A DNA stretch of 64,000 nucleotides from Octopus sinensis (taxonomy: Eukaryota): assembly GCF_006345805.1 (NCBI RefSeq), contig NC_043005.1, positions 22,816,001-22,880,000 of the forward strand, in the 5' to 3' direction. Positions within the stretch are counted from its first letter, which is position 1. Every line of letters starts with the position of its first letter. Below, piece by piece: positions 36,481-49,950 of the stretch. Below the pieces are notes generated by a model. It was not told the DNA's origin. It searched no databases and was given only the letters and a program-made list of their open reading frames with translations. Both the position numbers and the translations under genes were made by a program.

Positions 36481-37329
36481 AACACACACACTCACAAACA
36501 TTCACACACACACTCACAAACATTCATACATACACACATTCTACGTTATTCGATATGAGCTCTTATTAATGGCCAGAGTCATTCCGTTTATTTTTGTATT
36601 CAAGAGTTCATCCTTCTGTTCTCTTTGTCATAATGCTCATCTAATGCTTTTATGTTCATACATTCTGATGATCAAATTGATTTTCTCCTTTTTCTCATTG
36701 GTAAATCTAATCAATATGTGTCATCAATATATATTTAATACGCTATATGTATTTGTAGACAGGCTAATTCCATTATTAATTATTCTATTTCCACTATACT
36801 CCACTATTACCTTTTATATTCAAATTACTAACAGGTACCATGTATCAGCTTTAGCCTATTTACATATTACACTGTGCGTATGTATTTCTTGCTTTAAGCA
36901 GAACAAAACTCAATGCATACTGACCAAAACAGTATCCAAGTGGATGAATACGCCTGTAAGTGAAACCAAAAGCCAAATTACATAGGCAGAATCAGCAACC
37001 TCCAGCACTGTCTATTTGCTTCAATTCAACATGCCAGTCTGAAACCTGCAAGTGAATGTTAACAAGGCATCTTAGACCGCCTTCTTTTGCTGCTCATTTC
37101 TTTATAATGTCTTGAGAATATTGACACTTTTTTCTTTTAACCTGTAGAAAAGAAACAATGATATATTGAAAGAAACCTCAAATGCGGAGCATAACTTTAA
37201 AACAAAGTATAAAACTATAAAACACAGAGCCAGAAATACGGTAAAAAAATCTGTGAAAAATATTTGACAATACTTTAATGGAGTTAAGAATGCAGAGAAC
37301 GAAATTTACTTGGACTGCGAACTAAAGAA

Positions 37330-38170
37330 GATAGCATCTTTCCTCAAATGATGATTTTAGCAGCATGGATTAGCAATGAAGTGCAAATATCAAACTTGCC
37401 TACTACCTACACTACAGTTTTTACAAATGCCTTGTCCATGTTTTCAATTTTAAATGACAAAAAGAAAATTGTAAAGGAAATTTGCTGCAACCTGGATAGT
37501 TAGAACACTGTAGACTTGCTGCAAACAGTGGCTGGTTAAAGTACTATAAGAAGCAAGCAGGTTGGCATAAAATAATGTTACATTGTGAAGCGTGTAGCGC
37601 AGATGATGAAGTGGCAAATTCTTTACCCTAAAAATTAGAATAAATTATTGAAGAAGAAAAATTACATGCCAGCTGATATTGTCAACATGGATGCGACAAT
37701 TTTTGGAAAAGATTACACATAAGGAGCTACATTGAGAAGAATTATCATTGCCTGGGTTTTAAATTATGAAGGATCGCTTTTCTTTAGTATTTGGTGGCAA
37801 TGCAAGTGAAGACCACAAACTCAAACACTGCTTGTTTATAGGGGAGAAAATCCAAAAGCCCTAAAAATATCACGAAAGGTAATCCTCCTGTCACATGGAA
37901 ATCCAATGAAAAGGTCTGGATTACAAATTCACTTTTTAGATATCTGTTTTTCATTGAGGAAAAATAAATCTCCCAAAAGTGAAGCCGAATTCCTTGAGAT
38001 AAAACAAACTTGTGAGAACAAAAAACAAATTCCATTTTCGACATTATACCAGAGAACACTCATCGTCCAAATGTTCTTTTATTTTTTGATTTCGCTGCAA
38101 ACACAACGTCACCTCTTCAGCCTATGAACCAGAAGATTACTTCAACTTTTAAGACATTTTATTTAGAAAA
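37330..38170 (+). mobile_element. Tigger/pogo transposase remnant
   Basis: IIEEENYMPADIVNMDAT, FGGNAS, ENPKAL, WKSNEKVWIT. Confidence 0.85.
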
Positions 38171-38254
38171 ATTCATTTGAAATTCTTATTAAACCCACCG
38201 ATTGCGAAAGAGGACCTAATTTTGGAAACGTTTTACTGTTTTAAATACAATCGG

Positions 38255-38844
38255 ACTAGAATCTGATGAGTCGTCTGCGAGGCTACGCCCTTCTTTGGTG
38301 CGAAACCATTGGTCGTTCTACGACCAGACATTAACTTTTTTACTTTAATAATTTACTGCTCTATAATTCTATATATATATACGAGCAAAACACACACACC
38401 CGTCCAATGGACGGTGCTGAGTTGTCAAACAGTTAAACCAAATTTTCTCAAAACAACTTGTCCGACTGTCCCATAGGCCTCCCCTTTGAGAAACACTCAT
38501 TTAACCTAAATTTGAGGCACCAGCAAAAGAAATAAAGATAGACTTTTTTCTATTCCAAAGAAAAACGATTTTATTCAAACAAATATGCAACCGAAGAGTA
38601 TAAAGTACCAGTAAGTACATTGCAACAGCTGATGTACTTGCGCGTACAAATGCACGTTCCCACGGCTTTATCGATCGCATTCTCACCTGGAATCGATTTT
38701 TGTAATTTTTTCAAGACTTATACACGGCCTGATACCGTCAGTATCTGCATATCAAATTTGAGCGAAATCGGATGGAGGATGCCCGAGATCCTAGAAGACG
38801 CACAGACAGACAGACAGAACGGATTTTATATAATATATATATAG
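38255..38844 (+). mobile_element. Lep1/DINE-type Helitron-like non-autonomous element
   Basis: ACTAGA start; 3' end AAATCGGATGG...(CAGA)n...TTTTATATAATATATATATAG. Confidence 0.65.
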
Positions 38845-39114
38845 TTCGTATTTGTTAATTGAACGATAATATTTTGAAAACAAGTGTTTAATATTTAATT
38901 TCATATAGATGTGTGTGCGTTTGTGTGAAATTGATTAAGTAAATACAATTTACGATAAAAATTCGCAGTTTTATTTTGAGTAAAATGTCACCGTCTTTCA
39001 GAGCAAAATCTTTTAAGTCTGTTCGAATGCTTTACTGCCTCTGACTATCACTCACTCCCACTCCGTTTGTTGTTTTACTCTTCCTTTCCCCAAACATGAC
39101 CGGTAGGAAACATT

Positions 39115-39332
39115 GTGCGAGCTGGCAGAAATGTTAGGACGCTGGATGAAATGCCTAGCGGTATCTCGCCCGTCGCTATGTTCTGAGTTCAAATTCCGCC
39201 GTGTTCGATTTTGCCTTTCGATCTTTCGGGGTCGATGAAATAAGTACCACTTACTCACTGGAGTCGATGTTATCGACTAGTCCCCTCCTCCAACAAATTT
39301 CAGGCCTTATGCCTATTGTAGAAAGGATTAAT
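39115..39332 (+). mobile_element. SINE family A, tail B
   Basis: Head, B box GAGTTCAAATTCC, core and tail. Confidence 0.88.
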
Positions 39333-39714
39333 GTTAAATTTATTTTTTTGGATTCTAATTTTATATCCTTTGTTTTATCTTTATTGTTGTTGTTTCTCCT
39401 TTTGATCAAGGTAAACCGCACTCGTGTGTTGTACTCAGTGTTTTGGGACCTTGTAGCCAATGAAAGAAATCATCATCGTCACCGTCGTCATCATTATCAT
39501 CATCTGTTGCAGAGAGCGACTTTCGCAGACTCTCAGAAATGTCGTTAACTAAGACAATAGTAACTTTTTAAATAAAACTTGGAAGGATGTAAACTAAATT
39601 TGAGTGTGGAAGTAACTGAACTTTGGGACCAAGAAAGATAGCACTATATACTCCAATAAATTTAAATACATCCATCTACCACCACAGCTGCCACGATAAC
39701 ACGCTTTAATATTG

Positions 39715-39935
39715 GTTTCAAATTTCGGTACAAGTCCAACAATTTCAGAAAGGTGCGTAAGTCGATTACATCGATCCCATTGCTCAACTGGTACTTATTT
39801 TTATCGACCCTAAAAAAGAAAATGAAAGCTAAAGTCGACATCGGTGTAATTTGAACTCAGAACATAAACACAGACGAAACGTCGCTACACATTTTGCCCG
39901 GCGTGCAAACGATTCTGACAGCTTGCTGCCTTTTT
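39715..39935 (-). mobile_element. SINE family A
   Basis: Reverse-complement core and head. Confidence 0.85.
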
Positions 39936-40259
39936 TAACATGTTTTAATACTGGCTTTGAGTCTGGGTGCAGAATCTAGTTAACAGTATCAGTACATACA
40001 GGGACCTCGTTTGCCTTAAAAATGTGATGGGGACAAACAACATTTGTTGATTCTTAAAAGGAGTATGTTAGTATTGCTTATGGTGCCTTTTCCCGACCCT
40101 GTCACATAAGTAAAACTTTAAGCTAATTAAATTTTATATAATCAAATGAAGTTCAGTTATTAAAAAATAAGCTTAAAAAGAATTTGTTATATCAAATAAA
40201 CAAAAAATAAAACATAAACGTTTGGATATAAAAATATAAAGTAAATTTATTGTCTTTTA

Positions 40260-42560
40260 GAACTTTCCAAATCTATATCTCGTATCATTGCTGTCAATAA
40301 ATAATTTAGCAACTTTTTCACAACTAATCTTTTTCAAAACATCTCTATGAACATAGCATATTACAATATGATTCAACCTTTGCTAAGCCCTGGTTGATCG
40401 CAGCCAAGTTTTGAGTCTCTGCAGAGTGCTAAACGATCTTTCAGCTTCACAAGAACTGGTCGGAAACATTAAAAGTAGCCTGAACAATCGTTCAATATTT
40501 AGAAACAGCTGATTGCATTTCACCAAATATTTTACGATGATCCTCGAGAGATGATCCATTATGATGATTTCGATAAAAAAGTATTTCGTTTCTTAAAGAA
40601 AATCCATCAAGCTGAGGATACTAATCACTTCAGCACAAAAATTTCCATTGTATAAAATATTGCTGTTTATCATAATCTGCCAAATCCTTTGTAAAGAAAA
40701 GAAAATCTTTCAAATTTGCTATTGCAGCTACCACAACCTGCAAATACTTCACTCTGCAATGATCCAAGACAGTGCAGTTTTGGTATTTTAACGCATTTCC
40801 TTCCTGGTATCTTTTAGGAAGTGTTTGTTGCCTGAATCACTGCAAAGGAGAAGTATCGAGTTGATCAATCATTTCTTTTTTTTTTTCTTGTTGTATTGAA
40901 CAGCTCCTGAAATTCTTCTTCACTGCATAGATTTTTTAGTTCCTTCTGCACCAATTTGACACTGTGCAACATGCCACCTCGATTGACGGTGGTACTTTGA
41001 AAAGATTTGTTCAATCCTCCAAGAAGCTGAAGTAACGGAACTACAGCATGCAATCCAAAAACACATTGGCCTGTAGAAAGACACATAAGAATATCATTAG
41101 CTCTGGCTGCAATGTTGGTGCCAAACACATTTGTTGCCTCTTGTAAAGAAATAATGACATCTGAATAATTTTCAAGAAGGGCTTTGACTGCGGAAAGTCG
41201 TGTTGGCTATCGAGTAGGGCACACAGGTTTTAAGGAGCGTAGTAATGATACTTCATTTTCTTCATCATGTTGTGATAAATATGCGTGCTTAAATTTCCCT
41301 GATGTACTATTTAGTTTTCCCAATTCATTCACGTAATCGAAAGCATTTTTGATAAATGAAGCTTGTTGAACGGACTTAGCTATAAGTTGAGAAACATGAG
41401 CACCGCAGTGCACGTAATGAGTCAGAGGCTGAATCTTCTTTATTTCTGCTTGACAACCAAGATATTTACCTGCCATATTAGCTGCACCATCATATGTCTG
41501 GCATCGAAGATTTTGAATTGGTAATTGAAGGCATAGAATTACATCAAAAATCATTTGACACTATCTATATTGTAGATTCTTAAAACAACTTTAATTTCGA
41601 AATAAACATTCATATAACGAACACAAATAACTTCCTGTTCCTTACCGTAAATATCTTGTATACCATCAATAATGATTCTAAACTGCTTATATTCTTTATT
41701 ATGCCTTTCAAAATCATATGTTTCATTGTTTTAAAAATATCATTTTGGATTTCAGCACTAATGTAGCTGTGTTTTCTGTTCAACGAAATTCTTAGCTCAT
41801 GTACATCTTCACATCGAAGATTTAAGAGCTCCATGAAGTTGCCCTTATCACTATGCTTTCCTTGAATTGCGAACCCTTGCTCGGCTAATCTTCAAAGAAG
41901 ATATTATCTTAAGAAAAGAATGCATTGCTTTATTTTAATAATCACAGTGGGCTTGTTTCCAGTTTTACCGTATTCTTTCTTGTTTCTTTTTGAAAAGGAT
42001 GTTAGATGTTACAATTTTATGAGTGTTTGACTTTTCATGCGAAACAAACTTTTCGTGAACTTTTTTCCAGTTTTTGAAGCCTTTTTAAAATGAAAGCATT
42101 ATTTAGCCAAGTTTACTAGCGTGTTTTGATGTGTCTATAAGCCTAGAACCATTTTGACTCAAACTTCAGTAACTTGTTTGGCAGTTTTTGAACAGGTATC
42201 ATAGCCACATCAGGATGATAAGGTTCCATAGGTGTAGGGCATCTTTCATAACGTTCAGCAGGTTCAATTACAGTGGAAGTTGAGGGAGATACAATATTTG
42301 GGCTTGATTTATTTTAGCACTCTTTTGGAAGCGTTCCTGAGAGAGAACATTATCACTTTCATGATTAATTGGTAAAGGGAAGCTTTCTTTACGTTCAGCA
42401 AATTAATAAGAAATGATAGAAGTTGAGGGAGACAGGAGATCTTGGCTTGATTTTTTTGTAGTCCTTGTTTTGGAGCTTTCCTGAGAAAGAACAGCATCAT
42501 TTTCATGACTACGTTTAAAATATCCACGAATATCCATTTCAAATCAAGTTATGCTAGGAT
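40260..42560 (-). pseudogene. Fragmented hAT transposase
   Basis: RCQTYDGAANMAG, YVHCGAH, CPTR(W), GNFMELL, YISAEIQND. Confidence 0.92.
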
Positions 42561-42904
42561 CTTTAAAAAAATTTTTTTTTAAATATTCGTACGAATTAAA
42601 TACAGAAAAAAAATTCAGTCCAAAACAAAAGCAAACTATTTTTGAAAAGTAGACGTAAATGTTCTCAAAGACTTGATCTCAGTCGAAAAAGCCTTTTTTT
42701 AATTCTATATTTCACTGTTAGTTGTTCTACTGGATAGACAATTCCACAATTCAAACTACGAAGTCAAAATATCAACGATGCAAAATATGAAGAATTTCTT
42801 ACCTTTCTCTGAAATCACAAACTCAAGAGAAAAATAATACCTTGCAAAATGAAAGCGAACAATATCTGTATCCTCTCACACACACACGCACGCACGCACG
42901 CGCG

Positions 42905-43430
42905 CTTAAATATTTAAGTTTGTGTATATGTGACTATAAGGATGCTGGCATGATTTATGCTTTTTGGTAAGGAGAGAATTTTGTCTCCAGATTTTATTAT
43001 TTAGGGAGATTGAATGCCACAGCTCTACGTGAAAGCTGACCAGCTTTTCAACCTCGTCAAATACCAACGCCGGCCTCTGTGTGTATATATGTGTATGTAT
43101 GTATGTATGTATGTATGTATGTATAAGTATACACCCACACATTTTATCACCTTTGCTTCTTTTTCTTGTTTCTCTTGACGCTGTTGTTGTAACTGTTGTC
43201 ATAGCTGATGTTCTTATTTTCATTTTCTTCGATTCCTTTTGTTTTTCTTTCATCTCCCTGAACAATTCGTTGACAAGCTTCTTTCATTTACTTCGTTTCT
43301 TTTAAATTTATTTAAGGTACACCCTCGTTCTTTTTCCTCGTCTACCTTGTGGGCTGCTTAAACTCAGGGGCCTTGGGGCGCCGCCCCGGCTGCTCTCACT
43401 TCTCAGTGGGCTTGTGTGTATATGTGTGTG
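42905..43430 (+). repeat. Dispersed ~500-bp repeat, copy 1 (inverse copy at about 48840-49330)
   Basis: Shared blocks GGTAAGGAGAGAAT...CTCCAGATTTTATT and GACCAGCTTTTCAACCTCGTCAA...CCAACGCCGGCCT. Confidence 0.85.
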
Positions 43431-43769
43431 TGTGTTCAGGGCTAGCCAAAAATCACCTGAGAGTAAATCTAATACCAAGATTGGAACAAAAAATTATTTT
43501 ATATGAGACATCGCTAATAAATAGACAAATGTTGGGGGGGGGGGGTTAATTATTTTAACTCACAGCATTCAATTATAAAACATAATTGGAATGAATAAAT
43601 AAAATTGAATTTTAAGTATTTATGTCTGAGACGTTATCAATTGATATATACGACGAAAAAACGGAAGCAGCTGAAATTCCAGAGCAGTAAAGAAAATTAT
43701 TGACATTTCCTTTGAGTTTGATAAATAATGTATTGTTTATTTATCTATATTCACTCCGTGCGATAAATA

Positions 43770-44974
43770 CGAGTGTAGGACAAAAGCCGCCTAGGAAAAA
43801 ACCCCACCAGAACTAAACGCCCTCAGCCAAAAGACAAAACCACCATGGTTAAAGTGTGAAAATCCCCTCGGTTATATTTTTCGGTTATTTTTTTCGTTTT
43901 CTTCCCCCCTTTACTTGTTTCAGTCATTAGATTGTGGCCATGCTGGGGTACTATCTTGAATTTTTAGTTACATGTATCGACCCCAGAATTTATTTTTCCT
44001 TTTTACTTGTTGCAGTTATTAGACTGCGGCCATGCTGGGGCACCATCTTGAAGTTTTAGGCGACTGTATGGAACCCAGAATTTTTTTTAAGCCTGGTCAA
44101 AATCTCAGCGATATATTTCTTTTTTTTTTTCTTTTTTTCCTTTGTACTTCTTAAATAATTAGACTGCGAGAATGCTGAGGCACTGCTTGCGAGAATTCTT
44201 AGTCGAACGTATCGACACTAGAATTTTTTTTAGGTGATTTTCAACCAACGCATGAAGTTAAGCCTTGAAGGTTTCTCCACATGCTAGGAATAACAGCCAA
44301 ATCTCTTGAATTTTTTTTTTTTATAATTTCAGATAAAAATGGTTGTAAAAAAACATTTATTTTCCAAAATTTCAATTTTTAGGTAAGCAAAAATGTAATC
44401 AATCGAATATAAATAAGTAGAATAGAATAACAGAACGCAAAACTCTTTACTACTCAATGTACATATTGTCTGAATTCTAACAAATGGGAAAGAATTTACT
44501 TCAAAAAATGTGTAGAAACATAGAAACGATAAGAATAACGTTTGAATAACTAGCTTTCGGCGCCATAATTCTGTTAGACATTCAACGGCCATTCAGAAGG
44601 TCAGCTCACTCTCATTAATCTCTAATGGCAGAGAGAAGAAAACAAAAGACTGCAATTTTAAATTTTAAAATACTGATTTTTCAGCGACTAAAAATTCTTC
44701 GGGACAGTACCCCAGCATAGCCACAGTCTAATGACTGAAACAAGTATGAAAATAAAAAAATTCTGGGATCGATACAGTCGACTAAAAATTCCTCAAAGCT
44801 GTGCCCCAGCATGGCAGTAGCCCAATGACTGAAACAACTAAAAGCATTTTTAGAATATAAAAAAAAAACGAAAAATAACCAAAAATATAACTGGGGGTTT
44901 TGTCTGCTTTTGCACTTTAACTAAGGGGCTTTGTCCTAGTGAGGTTTTGTCCTACAGGGCTTTTGTCTGGATCC
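43770..44974. mobile_element. MULE-like foldback element with GGACAAAA(C)n terminal arrays
   Basis: Inverted arms at about 43774-44230 and 44683-44974; 9-bp TSD CGATAAATA / TGACAAATA (second right end CGACAAATA at 45400). Confidence 0.7.
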
Positions 44975-45475
44975 TGACAAATAAATATAAATGTTATACA
45001 ATTCTCAAGCAAATTATTCATGAGTTGATCTTTTTTTAATTTTTAGCAAATATTCTTTAAGGTGGTGCCCCAGCATGGCCGCAGTCTAATGGCTGAAACA
45101 AGTAAGAAAATTAAAAATATCCAAAACAGTCGACTAAAAATTCCGCAGTGTGATGACAGACAAGTAAAACAAAGAAATTGGGTGTGGTGGGGGCGATATA
45201 TTCGGCTAAAAATTCCTCAAGGCGATGCCACAGCATGGCCACAGTCCAATGACTGAAGCAGGCAAAAATTTTTTTTTAGAGAACATAAAAAAAACGAAAC
45301 ATAACCAAAAAAGATAACTGAGGAGGTTTTGTTTGCTTTCGCACTTTAAGGGGGTTTTGTCCGAAGGGTTTTTGTCTGAGGGGGTTTTGTCCGGATCCCG
45401 ACAAATACATATAAATGTTATACAATTCTTACACCAATTATTGATGAGTTGTTCTGTTTTTAATTTTTAGCAAAT
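44700..45475. repeat. Old ~425-bp tandem duplication of the foldback right arm plus flank
   Basis: GGATCC termini at 44969 and 45394; homologous flanks end in TTTTTAGCAAAT. Confidence 0.85.
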
Positions 45476-46039
45476 GGGTGTAACTATCGAACGAACAAAA
45501 TTCAATAGCGATTGCAACTTAGGGTCTATATATATTAATATAAATATACATACATTTATAAACATGTAAAAATGTGTATTATACATGTATGACTTGTTAG
45601 TGGGATTTTCTTTGTTTTTTAATTGAGAAAAAGTAGGGAAGACAAAAGATGGTTTGTCCCCTGTTCCTGTAAAGTGGAGAAGACTTGTCTCCTGGTAGCC
45701 CGCTGAAACAAGGCCCTTAAGTACATAACTGGCACTCAACTTTATTAACCGTAGAGAGACGAAAGGAAAATTTAACTGTTGTAGGATTTGATCATAGACC
45801 ATAGAGGTGTGAAACACTCTAGGATAGATAGGATAAACGAAATGCTCATTTGTTTTGGTTAATAATCACAATTTATAACTTAGCCACAAGTTCACAAATT
45901 TAAGGAAAGGAACAGTCGAATAAACTAATCTCCATTATTAGACATGTTTAATCTACCTGAATGTGATGCAAACTCAATGTTAAAGAATTTACTTAAAAAC
46001 TCGTGAAGAATTTTTGCGTCCAACACTTTACTAATTCTA

Positions 46040-46490
46040 CCAACCTCCATCATCAAACCAAGTCTGAAATTTAGGGGAATTGAGTCAATCATTTAGATCA
46101 ACCCCAGTATTTGATTGTTTCTTTATTTTATCGACATTGAAAGGATGAAAGTCAAAATTAACCTCGATGGGATTTGAACTCAGAACGTAAAGAGTCAGAA
46201 CAAATACCACAAATCCTTTTTTTTTTTTTTTCTCCGACGCTCTAACAATTCTACCAGGTCACCGCATGATTGATAATGGTTTCAAACGATGACGCAAGGT
46301 CAGCAATTTTCAAGATAGGGGTTAGTTCCAGTACTTGATTAATATCTAATATTATTGCCTCTGAAAGAATGTAGGCAACGTCGAACTTGGAAGAATTTGT
46401 ACTCAGAAGGTAAAAAAGCCAGGAGAAATGCTGCTAACCATTTTTTTTTAAATCCGACATGCTAACGATTCTGCCAGCTCGCAGAATAAT
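46040..46490 (-). mobile_element. Two degraded minus-strand family A SINEs
   Basis: Reverse-complement B box TTTGAACTCAGAACG and head CTGCCAGCTCGC. Confidence 0.75.
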
Positions 46491-47064
46491 AATAATAATA
46501 ATGATTTCTAATAGAAGCACAAGATCTCGAATTTAGAGACAGCCTATAGTTGATAGTGATTAATGTTGTCAGTATAAGTTGAATTTTATTTAAGAGCAAC
46601 GTCAATACTGAAAATGATAGCATTCTGAATATATGAAGAGAATAACATGCAATAATGTTACAACATAAATATAGAAGTAGGATATAATAATACGTAACTT
46701 CTTCTCTAATGTTTAAATAAACTTTTAAACATTTCGGTAAAAAAAAAATGTCTAGCATTGAATATTCGAAGGTAGAGTAGTTGAAGGAAGAGTTGTTGCC
46801 CTTACATAAATGTTACTGACAACCTGAAATTAATTTTCCTTTCTTACCGATTTGTCGCTTTTCTAACTGAATTTGAATATTAACGCTATTATTCAATCAT
46901 TATAATGCCAGGCAATAGTTTACAGTCCTTCACGTTCTATGTTCAAACTGCGTGAAATAACTTTTTTTTTTCATCCTATATAGAGTTATATCCCACAAGA
47001 AGATAACTGTATTGTTTGTTTTCACTCTTAGTTATAAATGTAGATTGATCTCAACATACATACA

Positions 47065-47250
47065 TGCGTACATAGCTGAAGATCAGTGAAAAAGAGAACA
47101 CCTATGCTGAACTATTGAGAAATCTGCAGTTACTCTATCCAGATTACAAGTTCAGGTTTATACCTGTAATTATTGGGGCCTTGGGATATGCAACACACTG
47201 CCTAAATGCCAATCTTGAGAAATTAGGCTTCTCAGAACTTGAAAGGCGTT
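47065..47250 (+). mobile_element. R4/Dong-like LINE, C-terminal end
   Basis: KENTYAELLRNLQLLYPDYKFRFIPVIIGALG. Confidence 0.8.
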
Positions 47251-47595
47251 AAAAATCGGTTCTGGTACTTTTTGGTTATATCACCTCCGTTAAAAAATTG
47301 CAATTCAAAAATGGGGTTATCGCCCATATATAAAAAACCATCACTTTTTTTAAGTGAGCTTATATTAGTTTTTCTTGAGATTAATTTACATTTAGGACAT
47401 TTTATAAACTAGTATAAATACTATCTTCTTAATACAAAGCAAACATCGCAATTTAAAGATTGGTTGCAGAGTTAAATATTAAGAGAAAGCTTAATAAGAG
47501 AAATCTTAATATAAGAAAGCTTTTTCGAAGATAGTTCAGTCGAAAAGAGTCCATTTGCAAACGCATATACACACTCACACACACTAATAATAATA

Positions 47596-47626
<31 letters not shown>

Positions 47627-47689
47627 AATGAGATAGGGGTTGAAAATTCAACCCACCATGGGATAACATATATCCAATATACAGCTAGA

Positions 47690-48600
47690 GAGGTACCCAA
47701 CAAGACAAATACATAAATGTTAAAAATTGCCATGCAATTAATTCATCTACTGTATTATGTGGGCAAAGGTAAAAATATTACCGTAAATTAATACTACAAA
47801 ATTAGAAAATGGAGAAACATACTTAAATCAATCAAACATCAACCATCAGATGATACCCAATCAATACTTTATTACACCATTACATAACAGTAAAGGCGTT
47901 ATACAAAATATATTGTAAATATAATTAGACAAGGAAATAGAAATATAAAATATAATATATAATTATATCATATCTGACAGCTGTTTCGGCCGTAAGGGCA
48001 AGTATGCCTCATTTAACCTATAAGCCATATAAGGCAGGTATAAATGAAACATTAACAAGGATGCCCCACGGCCTCTTCAGAGAATTTAATTTATTATAAG
48101 TGTGAAAAAAAATTTTTTATACATATAAATATAAAAATATAAAATATAAAAACGTGTGCATAGACACACATAATACTACACATATATATATACTCATTAA
48201 TACAATAATACAAAATAAACAAAACAAAATATATCAATATATATTAACAAACACAGTTATTCAACATATTGGGCTACTAGTTCCAAAACTAACCTACAGG
48301 AAAATATATGCACACTCATATTTAAATTTAAATCAGACCTATACATAAAAAATAATAAAAAAACACAGTTCAGTTCATAAAATAATAAACTTATAAAAGT
48401 CAATAAAAATTACTATTAATATTAATAATAATAGTAATAATAATAATAATAATAATAAATACAACCATGTCTGTACCAAGTACATCAATCGGACATCTAC
48501 ATATCTATGAGTCTGATTATTCTGTCCGCTTGATATTGATTATTCTAGATTAATTCGATTGGCTTATAGTTTTAAATTTGAATCACAAAAGAAATTTTAC
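47690..48600 (-). mobile_element. Penelope-like terminal fragment nested in Merlin
   Basis: Contains a hammerhead; AT-rich pLTR-type sequence; weak YKP-x-L C-terminal motif. Confidence 0.6.
47973..48083 (-). ncRNA. Dimer-type hammerhead with greatly extended stem II
   Basis: UCU CUGAAGA GGCCGUGGGGCA-(61 nt)-UGCCCUUACGGCC GAAA CAGCUG UC AGA. Confidence 0.82.
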
Positions 48601-48839
48601 GGTTAGTTAGTCAAGAAACGCACATACGCACACGCACATCCACAGATCAATCGCACATACATACATAATTATATGTATACACACACACATATACTCATAC
48701 ACATACATATCCACAAACACCGTCAAACACATAAATAAATAAATAATAAAAGAGGTATAATCGTAGCTATGCAGCCATCCAGCCTCCCCAAAACGACAAC
48801 AATGCCACTATATTAACTACGATCTATACACACACACAC

Positions 48840-49330
48840 ACAGTCCAACAGATAAGAGGTAGGGGCAGCCCAAGGTCCATGAGTTTAAGTGGCCTACAAG
48901 CCCAACGAGGAAAAAATACGTGGGTGTACCTTAAAGTAATTTAATAGAAAAAAAAATTGAAAAAAGCTTGTCCCAAGGGAGATGAAAGAAAAACGAAAGA
49001 ATTCAAAGAAAATGAAAATAAGAACGTGAACTATGACAACAGATACAAGAACAACTTCAACAGAAACAAGAAAAATAAGTAATGGTGATGAAATGTGTGG
49101 GTGTATACTTATATATATATATACATACTTACATACATACACACACACACACACACACATATTTACATACACAGGCCGGCGTTGGTGATTGACGAGGTTG
49201 AAAAGCTGGTCAGTATTTAATCTCCCTAGGTAATAAAATCTGGAGACAATATTCTCTCCTTACCAAAAAATTAAAAAAAACTTAAATCATATCACCATCC
49301 TTATAGACTCATATACACGCACTTAAATAA
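48840..49330 (-). repeat. Dispersed ~500-bp repeat, copy 2
   Basis: Reverse-complement homolog of 42905-43430. Confidence 0.85.
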
Positions 49331-49372
49331 AAATGCATGCATGTATATAAAAATATATAGCTATATAGACGC

Positions 49373-49373
<1 letters not shown>

Positions 49374-49444
<71 letters not shown>

Positions 49445-49445
49445 C
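49374..49445. repeat. (AT)n microsatellite
   Basis: Perfect dinucleotide run; others at about 6520-6720, 28107-28270 and 51280-51345, plus (GT)n at about 33040-33075. Confidence 0.98.
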
Positions 49446-49569
49446 ACACAATGAACATGAAAAACGAAATGATGAAACATCGTTTTGAATCTGATAATAT
49501 TTTTATAACAAATCATATGAAGAATAAGATTAGATATCTTATGCCTATTGAGGAAGCCAAAAGTTAATG

Positions 49570-49950
49570 TGTTGAAGTATTGAATCAAAAGGATCTAACT
49601 CTTCTAATCCAGTCTTTTGTCGTCACATGAGGCCAGTAGACCTCTGTGAGAGCCATTTTGTCTTCTATTTTTTCTTTAAAATTCTTCCAAAGTTTTTCAA
49701 TATTTTAGGTGTGAGCTCCATTAGTTGGATTGACAAAGTGTAGAGAATGATTCACATTGAGATGTTGAAAATGACCAATATTAATTATATTTTTATATTC
49801 TGAACATTCGTCACTTATGATGGCAGTACCCGGTCTTATATTATCTGTTATTGGAAGAAGTGTTGCCACAGACCTGTTAACGTCCGACGCAATTTTTTGT
49901 TGGGTCCTCCGATCACTCTTGGGTTTGCCAAAATGTGTGCAGCACAAACT
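49570..49950 (-). pseudogene. Merlin transposase remnant
   Basis: RSVATLLPI..NIRPGTAIISD, HLNVNHSLHFVNPTNGAHT*NIE. Confidence 0.9.

Larger units (their letters stand above)
39999..45719 (-). mobile_element. 5.7-kb hAT element (Tip100/ZMYM1-like) with nested insertions
   Basis: Perfect 8-bp TSD AGTACATA (39991-39998, 45720-45727); TIRs CAGGGACCTCGTTT and TAAGGGCCTTGTTT. Confidence 0.9.
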
